A program made the translations under genes and the position numbers. A stretch of DNA of 64,000 bases. It comes from Chrysomallon squamiferum. Its lineage: Eukaryota; Animalia; Mollusca. The stretch is taken from contig CM022678.1 in the NCBI GenBank assembly GCA_012295275.1, forward strand, positions 8,742,001-8,806,000. Reading direction: 5' to 3'. The notes under the pieces are model-generated. The model saw nothing but the letters and a program-made list of their open reading frames with translations. It was not told the DNA's origin and made no database searches. Positions 1-13,748 of this stretch are shown here, piece after piece. Numbering within the stretch: position 1 is the first letter of the stretch; each line of letters opens with the position of its first letter.

Positions 1-391
1 ATATTGCTGACATTTTGCTAGTTAAGGAAAAAATGATGGATTTAAATACAACATGAACTGCTGACCTCAAAAACTAGGTGTTTCATTATTTAACTAATTT
101 CTGCACAGACTGAAATAAAGAAAAAACCTTAGTCAATGTTAATATAAAAAATACACATAACTGTCAGTATAAATAAAATGCAAACACCTGAAAAAAAAGA
201 TCTACATGATTTAAATTTAAATACATAATTGAAAACTAGGACTGAAGATATCATGTCATGTTACATGTAATTATACATGATTTAATCAGGTGTTTGCTCA
301 AACCTGTGTGACAGTGGGATTCAGTAGTGCAGACAAGATTACACACAATCAGATGACTCTAACCAAAACAAAGCATTTAATACCACCTTGA

Positions 392-427
<36 letters not shown>

Positions 428-1382
428 TAAAAACACCATAATCTAAGTAAATACAAACATACAAACAAGGCTCAAAACTCATCTGAAATAAATTGAGTGA
501 CACTAAATTGTTTTTGGTAGCCCGAACAAAAAATATTCATATTTCAACTTTTGAGTGTAGGAAAAAAATACTCACTGTTCATTAACTTTTGAAGTAAGAT
601 AAAAAAAAATATGCTTCGAAGAGTCACTTATGCAAATATACCAACAAATGTGATACTGAAATTCTTCTTTATCAAGAGAAAGAAAAATCAAATCTTTTTT
701 TTAACATCCCAGTCACCCAAACAGAACTTTGGTAGCATTTGGTGACTGGCCACTTCGAGCCCTTTCATATGTACCTGTATTTAAACATTTATATGTACAT
801 ATGTATTTAAACATATTACTATTATTTATTATTTTGTCATCTTCACGATTGGCTAAAATATATCCAGAAAAGATTTATTTTCAGCTTGCACAATTAAGTT
901 TGCAAATCAAGATTACTTATTTAGCAGTTTTGGAAGGAAAGCTGGATCAGCCACAATTAACAAACTCAAAATTGTTTCCAGCTAAATGTTTCTTTTTTTC
1001 ATGGAATTCCTCTGAGAAAATATATTTCAGGTTAGCTAGATATATATATATATATATATGTTTGTGTAATTCCCAACTTTACTTAAAAACTGTTAAGGTT
1101 TATTTTAAAAAATATAAATTATTTATAAAACAAATATATATTTCCTTAATTATTAGGATCAACATTGATTGTCAAAAACAAAAACATGATATAAAAATAC
1201 ATTTTTGCCTTAACACAAAAATTAAAGTTAACAATAATAATATTTATTTATTATTAATATTATTGTCATTATTATTATATTAACATTAGCATAATCACCA
1301 CCATTATTATCATAATCATTTCTGTTACTATGTTTTCTTAGATACAGATTACTAAGAACTTTAAAATTTAAAGATTGTTCAC

Positions 1383-2311
1383 CTTCTGTGTATCTCCTTG
1401 ACATTTCCAGAGCTTTTCAAAATGGAGCAGTTATTTCATAACCCTTTAGGAAAGAAAGAAAATAAAACAAAACATGAAATCACATTCCTATATAAAATGA
1501 TTTGATCAACCAAGATTTTAATATATAATTTTAATTTAGTTATTGATGTTGATTTACTAATTTCCTGTAGTACATTACATATTTTAATTATACACAGATA
1601 AAAACTGAAGATAACATTAACATATTAGAAAAGATATTTGTTGTTTTTTTAAACATATTCTCTGTTAATCCTTAGATTCATCATCTTCAAATATAATCAT
1701 AAAACAGCTGTAGTGTTGATAAGAAAACAGGAGAGTGAAAATTAATAAATATTTAATGTGTAATGCTAGTTAATATTCTCAGCAATTCCAATGTGTGAAG
1801 GCAACACAGAAAGTGAAGGTATATTTGTTATAAATCTAAACAGTTAACAATATTCTCAATGATTTAGTTTTTAATATCTAAGAATAATGTGATATAAAAA
1901 GAAATAAATCTTCAACAGTTAAAATGCATATTAATAATAACAAAAACAAACAACTAAAAACAACAAATCCACAACAAACAGCCAGTGTTACTTCTGGAAA
2001 CAAATACAAAATTAAAAAACAAAAACATTTTAGACAACAAACTGCCAACACAGCCTATTTAGAAAAGATTTAAGGAAAAAAGAAGAAAAGAAAAATTTGT
2101 TTCTTGATAACAGTATGATATTGTCAATCTAATTATCATTTACAGTTTGTTATATCAATAAAACTTACTTCTTGTTGGTGTTTATCCCTCCAAGAAAGAA
2201 AATACATGTTTCTCATGTATCATTACATCCATACAAAACATAATTAAAACTTTACTAACCTTTTCACTGCAACCATTTTCTGCATTTTCAGCTGGCTTAT
2301 TGTCATCCATT
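1383..2311 (-). pseudogene. Short spliced exon remnants of an unidentified gene (e.g. 2260-2311, MDDNKPAENAENGCSEK)
   Basis: Minus-strand tttcag|aATG...AAG|gttagt exon at 2260-2311, plus a further AG/GT-bounded segment near 1383-1445. No family recognised. Confidence 0.3.
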
Positions 2312-3606
2312 CTGAAACGCAAATAACAGAGTAATAAATCCAATAAGTTAGCAGGTAATTTAAATATTTTGGAAAAACACAAAGAATTACTAAGAAATGT
2401 ATTTAAAATAATTTTAAAAATAATAGTAAAAAAACAAATAAATTCATTAACACAAACTGCAGTGTGTCAAAATCCATAAACTGATGCAGTTATCAATAAA
2501 ACATTCTCCCTGTCTAGCATTACAAAAACTGAGAGTCTGTAGTGTGTGTGTATGTATGTGTGTGTATACAAAAACAAAACTGTATTTGATATTTAAATAT
2601 GACATTTCTGTTAATGGTTTAAAAACATAATAATTAGGATAAAAAAGTATGGCCATATGTATCATTTGTCTATAAGCTGGAATTTAGAAATAAAGAAATT
2701 CAATTCAATTTAAAAAAAAAATGTTGTTAACATTATATATAATATGATTTGTTTTTGCTCCAATGAGTGGCAATAAAAACATCTTCTAGCCCTGTTTCCT
2801 AAAAGCTCATAGAAATCACAAAGTTTCCCATCAATGCAACAACTATCACAGCAGCAATGGAACTAACCTTAAACATGTCCCAAAGATCAACAATTAAAAT
2901 ACTACAGAAAGTTTCTACACCAATAACAAAATATGTTATTGTAGAAACAGAAAATATGTATGCTTGAAGTTTAACTTCATTACCTAGGTACACACCTTAA
3001 CCAAGATAAATAAATGTTAGCTAATGTTATATTGTTACACTTACAGAACAGCAAAACATTTCACTTGCAGTTTTGGCTTCCATTCTGCCAGAAGACCCTG
3101 TGTTAGATATTGTACACCTGCATATTTGATTTCTGTACAGAACATGCAGCCTCTTCCGCTGTTTCATTGATGTGAATATTTGCAAGTCCGCACACACCCA
3201 CCTCGATGACCTACAGATTTCCTACAGTAATTTGGTGACAAGAAGGACAGGACCTCTGCCCGTCACACTTACTGTTGATAATTAAATACAAATTCAAATA
3301 CAAACGTCATCCTTTTAGTTCCAGCAGCTGCACACAACCATGATAAATGTAACAAACGAGCTGCGACGAAATGTTCCGGTTAAAAATGTCAACATCAATC
3401 AGTCTGTAACTCTCTTGTTTCATCTTCAGTATCTAATTTAATGTTATTGCCTTTCATTATTTTGTACAGCTCTTCGTTTCTCACCTGAGATCTAGTGGGT
3501 GCAGTCTTTCTATTCCAGGAATGTCATTTTCAATTCCACTGACACTTGGCACTGTTAGTTTCCACTACACTTTCAGTAGTTTTGTTGTTTTTTGGTACAC
3601 AAATAC

Positions 3607-3763
3607 TAGGTATGTGTATTACTGCCGGAACTGCGTCTGCCATTTTCTGCTGTATCCGTGTGACCTGAATCTCCCCGATGGCGAGTGGTGTCTCTGCATA
3701 AATCACTTCTCGTTGGTTAACTGGTTCGTTTCGGAGGAGAGTTCGAAATTTTTTCTCATATTT
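3607..3763 (+). mobile_element. Relic left end of the hAT-like transposon family found at 47719
   Basis: TAGGTATGTGTATTACTGCCGGAACTGCGTCTGCCATTTTCTGC... aligns by eye with 47719-47960, with an internal deletion of about 90 bp. Similarity begins exactly at the TIR and the upstream flanks are unrelated. Confidence 0.8.
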
Positions 3764-3774
3764 CTTTTTTTACA

Positions 3775-3990
3775 TCCACAATATCAGGTATATTTACTCC
3801 TGCCATGTCGAGCAAATTTGTCATAATTTCAGATTTGAGTCGTTCGTTTTTAAGACTGGTTGTTAAAACCAGATTGTGCTATAAAATTAAAAATCCAGAT
3901 TAAAAAAATCAACGTCTTTCACGTTTAAAGTTATTCCTATTTGAAACAGAGTATCACAACCTTCTGTCTGTCTACTAAAAAAATCAAATT
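3775..3990 (+). pseudogene. Degenerate paralog of the 5' exon and flanking introns at 54470-54700 (putative kinase gene 5' end)
   Basis: gagcaaatttgtcataatttcagatt...aagactggttgttaaaa...aaagttattcctatttgaaacagagtatcacaaccttctgtctg matches gagcaaatttgtcttatttgtagatc...gagactggttataaaaa...aaagttaatcctatttcaaatagtgtatcataatcttatgtctg. Confidence 0.7.
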
Positions 3991-4319
3991 CAAAATGTTA
4001 ATGTTAATAAAAGTTAAATTTTTACAAGTTTCTGAAATAGTATTAACTACTTTGAAATTTGTCTTAATACCAGAAAAGAGAACTTTAACTTAACTATTTG
4101 ACTAGCACAAAAGCTACTAACGCATACCCAAGCTACAAACTGATTGCTGATTATATAATGAGCATGACATTATTAATAATAATAATAAAAAAGAACAGAT
4201 AATGGTAGAAATGCTGACCATTCAGATTCAAAGAGATAACACTTACACTGGAAATATGAATAAACTAAGAATGCTTGAAGTGAACAATTTAACCTGAGAA
4301 CCAGATAGAACTGACTCAC

Positions 4320-5904
4320 CTGAGCATGTTTTGTTGTCTGAATTCAAGGTAAACATTTCTACACAAACACTGCTCCACTGTGTCATGCACCCTGCAGCCC
4401 TGTTCACATGAACTGTTCACTGCAGCACTGTCACAACTGAACACAAAATATTTTTATAACTTTATTATATTTTGTCAAACTAAAATAATTTACAATTTTA
4501 TCACATTCTGTCACAAATGAAAATAATTTTGTCAAAAAATTGAAAAAATTTTTAGTTATTTTAACCACTAAAAACAAAATTTGTTTTCTCAGTTTAAACA
4601 AAAATGAATAATAAACACTTTTGAACAATTTTTTTTTTTTTCATGTTGCTAAAAAGTTAATGGAAGAATGAATCAAAATAAATATCTGAAAAAAATTAAA
4701 TTACCTTTATTTACTTTTGTTGGTAATGTTCTAAAAATTAATGACTCAAACTGGTTTTGTTTTAGGGTACCAAACAGGGTTTGTTTTGTTTCTTTTTGTT
4801 TTTAACAATGTTTCTTAGTCACTGAAAGTTGATTTTCTGTGTTAAATAAACATTTTTGAATAAAAATTATTAACAAGTATAAAATGATATTTTTATTATT
4901 TTATTTATTTATTACATTTTAATGCAGATAAAGTTAATGTTGTCACTGAGGTATTAATTAACTCATTCCTATGTCATTTTTCAATCTAAAACATCCATTC
5001 TGTTTCTTTGGTAATTAAAATCACAAAATGATATACAAAATTCATCAATCATTTGTATCATTTAACTATTTTTTTTAAAGTAAAATAGAGTAATGTTTTT
5101 AGATATCACTATTTATAAAGTAATAAGCAATCATTTTGAGCATATAAATATTTATTAAGTAGAAAGGAATCATTTACAGCATATAAATATTTCATAAATA
5201 ATAAGAAATCATTTGTAACGTATAACTATTTATTAAATAATAAGGAATAATTCATTGCATATAACTGTTTATTATATAAAATGTTATAATTTCAACCTGT
5301 TACCAAATTTTTAATATTGAGTAATTAACAATTTATTAAGTATATCCTACTCACCTACACATTCATCTGACAAGTTGTGATATCCCGTCTTACACTCAAA
5401 TGATAGGAGACTGGCAGGTTTTTGCAGCTGCTGTTTGCTTGACATGAAACTGTTGAAACACTACATTCATCTCTGTTGTTTTCACATCACAGACCACCCA
5501 GCCAGCTTTACACTGACAATGGTCTGAGAGGGAAAAATAAAATTTAATTTGAAAATAAATAAATTAAATTAAAATCAAATTTTTGTGTAAGTATTTATTA
5601 TAAAACTAAATTTATAAAATTATATCAAAAGTATAATCTGAATATCATGAAAATTTCTAATTTTACAGAATAAGTTGCTTCAGATTTCAAAATATGATTA
5701 TGTTTTTAAAATATTTAAAAATTTATTTTTACATTATTGTATTTTGTGATGAGAAATTCTGCTTACTAACACACGTTGTCTGGTCATTTTCAAGTTTCTT
5801 CCCAGCCAGACAGGAACAAGTGAATCCACTGATTCTCTTAGTACAAGTATCAGTATACTTAGTAATGCTGGAATCAACTGGTGTAAATAAATCATTTATA
5901 TCTA

Positions 5905-5944
<40 letters not shown>

Positions 5945-7600
5945 TAAAATAATAATAATAGTAATATAATTATTTTCTATTGTTATTAAGAAAGAGGGAT
6001 GTCTATGATTTAATAAATTATGTTTTTAGACTATAATTGACATCAAATATTTCTGTCTCCAACAATCTGCTGACTGTTGTCTGGTCATTTTCCACTGACA
6101 CAGATAAAATACTTCTTAAAATAAATCTTCTGTTATCTTTCTTGTATTCAAGGTAATACAGTGTACAGAGGAAAAACTTTGTTTAATCGCTCAATGCAAT
6201 TCAAAATATATAAAATAAAATTCAAGTTATAATAATAATAATAAACTAAAAAGCTTATTTCAATATTTCTGAAACCAAGGACTTTTTCATCTGAGACAAG
6301 ACAGGCAGCCCTTGAACTTTCTGCTTTGATAGGTACACTACAGTTCAAAGAAAAAAACACTAACCTTTCTCATACTTTTTTCAAGTAGTATCCATACTGA
6401 CATAAACTGCCTTCAGCTTTATGAGAAATCTGTTCCCATGTCAAACCCTGACTTCTACATTCTCAGTCTGAAACAAAAGTAATTTATTATTTTAAAAATA
6501 TTTTTGACTTGTTTCTTTTTTCTTCATTTTTTTAATCAGTTTTTTGTTTACCTCAATTTAATATTAATATAAACAACATTTAAAACAGCATCAGTTCAAA
6601 AATGATAATGACTGTTTTTTTTCGTTTTAAAAATAAATATAAACAAACAATAATTATAGAATTAATTAATGATAGATATAAATCACTGTCCTTTCACTGT
6701 TAACTCATTGTTCACTAAAACATACCTAATTAATAGTAACAAAATTAACACAATATAATTTTAAAACATTCTCAGGTGGCATTAAGTAATTTATCAAAAC
6801 TGAATTATTTGTCCATTATACCCAGCATCTGTTTACAAACATGTTGAGCACATCTCAGTGTCTGAGTCTGTACAAATTTCTCTTAACTGGCAGGACTGGA
6901 GAAGTCATGTTTTTCAATGAACGCTTCACTACACACATGGTCAAGTGGTCAACCTTGGTCTTTTTTCTGGTCAGCAGAAGACTTGTTTATCCTGTAGAGA
7001 GAAAAATTACATTTATCATTGACAAGCCTAATAAATAAATTGTAGTTAAAAAATAAAAAAAGTTATAAAATTTATCACATATAATTTCGAAACAAAAAGA
7101 AATTAAAAAAATATTTAAAAGTTACCGAAAATATTAAAATTATAAATTATTAAGTCAGAATGTTTGAAAATTAATTGCGACCAAAGTTCCGTTTCGGCGA
7201 TTGGGATGGTAAAATGGTTATGGGGAAGTCGCCTTTTTCTTATAAGATATAACACAAGAGTCAGTATTAATCTCAAATATTTATTTCATACAAAAGGTTT
7301 GCTAGTAGTTCGATAAAGTGGACTTATCGGCTTACCTGAATTTGCCAACATCGGTTTATAACACTAACTTTCTCGACCGGATAGGCATGGCGCTAACTGT
7401 AGTCTTGATAAACAAAACCACGAGTCTCGCTGACCCAGTATCGGAAAAGTGATCGGGACCGTTCGGATCATCTCGGTCGAATAGACGGAGACATTCGAGT
7501 CCTCTGTATATATCCAACAGAATCCGTTCTCCTCAGAAAAAGGCCTGGTAGCAAAAAATATTAATAATAATAAAAAAAAAAAAATAGTTAAATAAAATAC
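4320..7600 (-). pseudogene. Chimeric EGF-exon pseudogene, copy A
   Basis: Exons: first exon ending at 7336, then 6822-6991 and 6365-6467, then EGF-like exons 5767-5901 (GFTCSCLAGKKLENDQTTCV), 5355-5523 and 4320-4436 (SSCEQGC...NSDNKTCS). All are GT-AG bounded and the set carries stops and frameshifts. Confidence 0.8.
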
Positions 7601-8330
7601 AATCATATATCTGTTTCATTTAAACTTTAATTTTTAACTATGAGGAAGTGTTTTTATTTTGTGGTGGTGGTTTCGGGGGTGGAGGGGTTCCTTGTTTTTT
7701 AAGAATTGTTATTTATCCCGTTTTTATTTTATTTTTTTGCGTTGCATTTTTGTTTTTTAAGTTAACTTTATTTTATTTTATTTTATTAATTTACTTTATT
7801 TTTTATTTATTTATTTAAAACAATTCTTTTTTGTTTCTTAAAAATTATTATCGCAATTATTTATTTATTAATATTAATAATATTTATAATTATTATGGAT
7901 ATTTTTCTTAATTTCATTTTTAGCTCAGAAATGAATACAGAATAAATTTCTACAAATTTTATAATAATTTTTGTGAGAATAAACAAATTAATGACTTCTT
8001 AAATACTAAATAAAATTAGGTTAAGGCCAGGCTAGTCTCGATAAACCACGATGTTTCGAACATAAACGGATTCGAATGTATGCTACGCTTTTCAAACCAG
8101 TATGAACTGATGTTTGACAGCCAGTTTATTTTTGTTTTTAATTCGGTAACGTTTTACTTGTTGATTATTCAATTTAATAGAATTTTGGAAATATTTCACG
8201 AGAATCCAAATGGATTGGGATGTTTTATGTTTGTGTGATTCCAAGCGTGAATCGAATGCGGATTATGCGCACATTTTCAGCCATGGAACGAGGTAAACAT
8301 GATCATGATGTAATGTGTATCACTGTATCA
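7190..8330. promoter_or_regulatory. Putative bidirectional promoter cassette, copy 1
   Basis: Two CpG-containing patches. Each ends in a first-exon donor facing outward: cag|gtaagc on - at 7335 and ATGGAACGAG|gtaaac on + near 8292. Confidence 0.55.
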
Positions 8331-8388
8331 GTGTATGTGTGAAAGAAGCAGAAAGAGAGGTGTTCACCGTATAAACTATAATCGTATT

Positions 8389-8425
<37 letters not shown>

Positions 8426-8720
8426 TGTGTGTGTGTGTGTGTGTTGGCAATTTCATATGTAAATACATTTATTATAACTTTCACAAACGATAATAAGGCA
8501 GAGAAAAATGCATTTATCAGACAAATGTAGATTGATAACAAAAAATATCATGTACTTTCAAAAATTAAACATTATATTTACTATTGACATTGCTATTTTT
8601 CGTAGGTGACTGTATTATTATTCAGATCTGTCAAGAAAGGGAATTTACATCATGGAGAAGGATGAATAACCAGTTACAGAAACCATTCTTATGCAAACTG
8701 CACCGTTCTGAGTTGTGAGT
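8280..8720 (+). pseudogene. CAMSAP: CAMSAP/Patronin N-terminal exon remnant, truncated by the gap
   Basis: Exon at about 8606-8714 reads LSRKGIYIMEKDE*PVTETILMQTAPF*V, compared with CAMSAP ALSRKGIYVMESDDTPVTE. Confidence 0.7.
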
Positions 8721-8731
8721 ATAATATATTT

Positions 8732-8931
8732 NNNNNNNNNNNNNNNNNNNNNNNNNNNNNNNNNNNNNNNNNNNNNNNNNNNNNNNNNNNNNNNNNNNNN
8801 NNNNNNNNNNNNNNNNNNNNNNNNNNNNNNNNNNNNNNNNNNNNNNNNNNNNNNNNNNNNNNNNNNNNNNNNNNNNNNNNNNNNNNNNNNNNNNNNNNNN
8901 NNNNNNNNNNNNNNNNNNNNNNNNNNNNNNN
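8732..8931. other. Assembly gap (200 N)
   Basis: Run of N. Confidence 1.
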
Positions 8932-9456
8932 TTCTTTAGGATTGAATTGTTTTTCACGATACCCCCTCGTGTCATTCATCCACTGACGCTGTTCTACCTG
9001 AGTCTGAGAATTCAGTCACACACCTCAACCACGGCCACACCAGATACGATGGCCACACCCCCTACCACGGCCACACCCACTAACAGGTTGTAAAACATCG
9101 CCACCTGGGCCTTCATTGTTGACAGAATCATTTTCATTTCACGTTCATTTGCATTCGTGTTTTTATTATATGTATCATTGACAACATCATTGTCACTCTC
9201 TTTGTTTTCAAAATCACTATTATTTCCACATTCCAACACTTCATTCTCATCCTCAGAATCCGACATTATCATTCGTAATGTCTGCTTGGTTGTCACTTTC
9301 TTACCACTCATGTTTATGGCAAAAAATACTCCAAAAACTGCAATCATTTGCAAAAATTTCTTGAAGCTTCCTGGCGGAGGTATGACCAAGTATACAAGCG
9401 GGTGTGTATACTATATGTTCAGCCAGAAAACTGACCTGACGGCTTCAAAGGGTTAA
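8932..9456 (-). mobile_element. piggyBac-like DNA transposon 5' end with degenerate transposase N-terminus
   Basis: Terminus ...TCAAAGGG|TTAA (9444-9456), i.e. TTAA|CCCTTTG on the minus strand. Acidic N-terminal peptide MSGKKVTTKQTLRMIMSDSEDENE, a GRGR-like tract and W...FNP segment in shifted frames. Cut off by the gap. Confidence 0.7.
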
Positions 9457-11619
9457 TGTATACACCTATACACCCACATTTACACTGAGATAAAGAAACT
9501 CTGTTTTTAGTATATACTTTATAATAAAGAATACTAATGTGTCATAATTAGTGATGTTTCAAGAAATGGTTTCTGAGCTTACTTACCACACCTCACTCAT
9601 TAATCTCTGTTCTTTTTAAAACTTAAGGGCTTAATTTTCTATGATTTTTGTTTGGGGTATTTTTACAAATGAGGAATTTACTGACATTTGTTCAACTGTT
9701 TTCACTTGATAACACTTGTCTTCCTCCAGTTTTCTATTGCACTGACTGAATTGGCTCGTCTCAGTCAGAGTTTGGCTTGTTTTGTGTGATCTTTGTTGTC
9801 TTCTTTCTGATGGCTGAGTTGTTATGTTTGTGTTTCTGGCTTCTGTCCCATCCTCTCATAGTCTAAACAGCCTACCCTCCATATACAATTTATCACCATT
9901 TAAAGTAGCTCTTTTCCTTTGCCTTTTTGCTGATTTGTAATCTGGATACAGTAATTTCCTCCTCTCATTAATTTCTTTGTGGAATTGTTCATTAACCCTG
10001 TATTGCTTGTTTATCAGCTTGTTTTGGGTAAAGCTGTTCTCACTATTTCTCTGTCTTTGTATAAAATGAATTTAGTGACAAATTCACTGTATCAGTAGAT
10101 GCCCACATCACTGCTGCTAAAAGAACTTTATCTCTTTTCTCATCATTTAAACCATCAAGTTTCAGTTTTGCTATTTCTTTTATAATGTTTGAAATGCTCA
10201 GCCAAAAGACAAACAATGTTCATGTTACCTTAACAAATATAAAGACATAACAAGTGTGAACACAGAGTCACTTGTATCTCCTCTTTATACTGTAACAGTT
10301 CTTTGAATATTGTCTGTTTTTGAACAAGCAGCTGTACAGAACGTATCAAATGTTGGAATAACACCTAATTTTAGCAAACATTCTCATAACATCTTCATCA
10401 CTAAACAAACAAGAAATATCCAAAAGTTCTTTTTTCATATATGTTAAATTCACTTTCCAAAGATCTTGACAATGTTCTTAGTCCATTCACAGTACACTCA
10501 CTTGTAACAGATGATGAATTTATAACATTTTGATCAACTTTCAAATACCGTGTGTAACTGGAGTGAAATTTTGAATCATTGTCAAGAAGACATAAAACAT
10601 TACTGAATACTTCACTAGCAGTGTTTACATTTACAAATGATTTATAGAAATTTAGCTTACGTTGTCTCTGATGCAGTATTTGAGACAACTTACCATAAAA
10701 GTCTGTTTTCTCCATGCGTTATTTTAGAAACTCTTCACCTTTCAGTGATGGATATGAAATAATTTTTCTGAAACTGCTTGAAGCCAGAAAATCTGTAAAT
10801 TTGTAAGCAAGAACATTGTGACTTTTGTTAGAATTCCAGGCATTACATCATGTCCTAACAACATGGAAACAGGACACACTTCTAGCAACTCTGCTGTTTT
10901 CTTTGCAAACTTTGCTATAAACATTAGAGAAAAGAAGTCAAACACTAACTGATGAATAAATGTGTATTTATTGTCACACTGCTTCAAATAGGTACACACG
11001 TTAATCAGCTGTTTTGTTTATATGTTTGAGTCCAGTGTTTTCTACACTCAGTCTCACTCTAGCAGTCTTACTAATTTCATTATGTCACTGTCAGTGTTAT
11101 CTTCAAAAGGGTCCAGTGAATCAATGCTGAAACTGCCTTGTTGGAACAAGATCAGCAGTAGAACTAGGTAATTGATCTCTGAAGATTTATCATTTTTCCA
11201 GTTTTCCAGCTGATATGTGACATATTCTACAGTTAACATAATACAGACACACCTGAGGAAATCCAAACTGTAGATGAACTGTCAGTGACAGTCTATTTAC
11301 AATTTGTATTCATTGTAACATCTTTTTGTTCCAGATATTTGTTTAGAATTTCTTTCTTTTCATCATAATCCAGACAACTGTCATTACTCTGCAGATCAAG
11401 AACATGATTCTCATTAAACAGACAAAATTCCTTCAAACTAATTTCACTTTCTGAAAATATTTGTTTTCTTAAAGAAATAATACATTTCAAAGAACCATCC
11501 TGAACAAGATTCCATATCTTTGGAAATTTCAGTGTCCATGAGTCTATGAAATCTGAAACAAGATTAGTCTTACCAAATATATCATCAATGAGAACAACAC
11601 ATTTCTTATTTCTAGAGAG

Positions 11620-11810
11620 ATAAACAGCTGTAACAGCCTCTGCAGAATAAATAGCTGTGATGTTGACTGAGGAATAGACAGCTGTGATTTTGTGTGAGGA
11701 ATAAACAGCTCTCATGGTCTGAGGAATAAACAGCTGTCATGTCTGAGGAATAAACAGCTCTGATGTCTGAGGAATAAACAGCTGTGATGTCTGAGGAATA
11801 AACAATGCTG
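11620..11810 (-). repeat. 24-bp tandem repeat (about 8 units, TAVYSSDI) inside the NTPase domain
   Basis: Repeated gaggaataaacagctgtgatgtct located between Walker A and Walker B. Confidence 0.9.
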
Positions 11811-13016
11811 ATATTAGAAAAAAAATGCTGAATTCTCTTTTTTTCACCCATACTGGCTGACCTGTAAGAAAATGATTTTTAATATAGAAGAAAGAAACAA
11901 AATTAACTCATTTTATTCACTGTTAGCAGGGTTAGATCTGTGGTTAAGGAAGATTCAAATAAATAAAGAAGAAACCCACTGCTGTCACTTAACGGTTTAC
12001 TCTTTCTTATTAGACCTGTCTCTAGTTTCTTGTATTAATAATAGCACTGCCTTATAGACTGTGGTCTCAACTTCTGTTCTAAGAATATATTCCTGGAGCA
12101 CATCAAAAGTAATCAAATAAAAATAGTTTTAATAAATGTCCTAATTTTTCAAACAGAGGTGTTCTATTAAGTTATTTAGAAATACTCATGAAAACACAAT
12201 TCTCACAGTTTTGTGACATAAAAAAATTAGTTCTAATTAATAAGTCTTATCTCATTTTGGATTTGTTCTTTTCCATCTTTTTAGGGCTGTGATGGGCTGA
12301 CTGGGGCAGGTTCTGGCTGTGTTTCTCAGTTGTTCTGCTGCTTTGTTGAGTAGACACAGTCAACCTGAATCACACACAGATTTACTTAGTGCTATTTAAA
12401 TTTTTCTAAACAGTACAGATACACATGGTAAAAATCAAGGGAACAGTTGTCTCAAATCACTGGAACTGAACTAAACCTGTGCAGTGTAACCAGAGTCAAT
12501 GAAACTTACTGCACTGCCATTAATTTAGGTTTCAACTTTCCATTTAACACATTTTTCATACTGAAAACACATGTTGATCAGTCTGCATACACAAAGGAAA
12601 GAGAAAAACAAATTCTAAACACTTAATGACAATAACATGGGTAAAATCATCAGAATTCAGTTAAATAACTAACAGATAGATTTGACTTACTGAAAGTAGA
12701 TACACTGATATCACAGGCCAGTGTATCATGTCTCATGTTTTTCTTAACTGGTGTATGCTCACATATCAGATAAAGATTTCTAACTCTAGCTCAATCATTC
12801 AGTGTAAACACAAAGATGGCAGATAATAGGACTGCTTTCAACAGATATTCCTCAAACATCAGCAGCATCAGTCCATTAGTGACCTCCAACATGCTACATC
12901 AAAACCAAGGCTATAACTCTTCAGCCTTGGCCAGTCATGAGTCCAGTTTTCAATCCACTGGAGCACATTTTGAACATCAGTGAGCATTTTACACACACAG
13001 TGGAAGTGGAGTCAGC

Positions 13017-13748
13017 TTAGCACTGGGAATGACTTCAGTTGACAAACACAACTTTTAACTGGAGGGATGAGTTGGATGTTGGAGGTTGAATGTTTACTTA
13101 GCACTGGGAATGACTTCAGTTGACAAACACAACTTTTAACTGGAGGGATGAGTTGGATGTTGGATGTTGAATGTTTACTTAGCACTGGGAATGACTTCAG
13201 TTGACAAACACAACTTTTAACTGGAGGGATGAGTTGGATGTTGGAGGTTGAATGTTTACTTAGCACTGGGAATGACTTCAGTTGACAAACACAACTTTTA
13301 ACTGGAGGGATGAGTTGGATGTTGGAGGTTGAATGTTTACTTAGCACTGGGAATGTTTGACAAACACAACTTTTAACTGGAGGGATGAATGTTGAGGTTG
13401 AATGTTTCACTTAGCACTGGGAATGACTTCAGTTGACAAACACAACTTTTAACTGGAGGGATGAGTTGGATGTTGGAGGTTGAATGTTTACTTAGCACTG
13501 GGAATGACTTCAGTTGACAAACACAACTTTTAACTGGAGGGATGAGTTGGATGTTGGAGGTTGAATGTTTTACTTAGCACTGGGAATGAGGTTGAATGTT
13601 TTCAGTTGACAAACACACTTTTTTAACTGGAGGGATGAGTTGGATGTTGGAGGTTGAATGTTTACTTAGCACTGGGAATGACTTCAGTTGACAAACACAA
13701 CTTTTAACTGGAGGGATGAGTTGGATGTTGGAGGTTGAATGTTTACTT
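13017..13748. repeat. 81-bp minisatellite, about 9 copies
   Basis: Unit ttagcactgggaatgacttcagttgacaaacacaacttttaactggagggatgagttggatgttggaggttgaatgtttac, starting at 13017, 13098 and so on. One minus-strand frame is open (SKHSTSNIQLIPPVKSCVCQLKSFPVL). Confidence 0.97.

Larger units (their letters stand above)
4010..8731 (-). repeat. About 4.7 kb inverted segmental duplication of 27480-32320
   Basis: Reverse-complement collinearity throughout. The ORF track gives identical peptides at 6841..7038(+) and 29246..29443(-), and shared C-terminal sequence at 7364..7606(-) and 28718..28909(+). This copy ends at the N gap. Confidence 0.95.

Noticed and set aside
729-1283. 184-aa ORF
   Set aside because: Non-ATG start, I/K/L/Y/F-biased composition from AT-rich DNA, and no domain.
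3043-3275. SUEL/galactose-lectin exon (SKCDGQRSC on the minus strand)
   Set aside because: Only one short motif, with frames broken. This is insufficient to call.
13017-13748. CRISPR-like array
   Set aside because: Units are head-to-tail and near-identical with no unique spacers. The context is eukaryotic and there are no cas genes.
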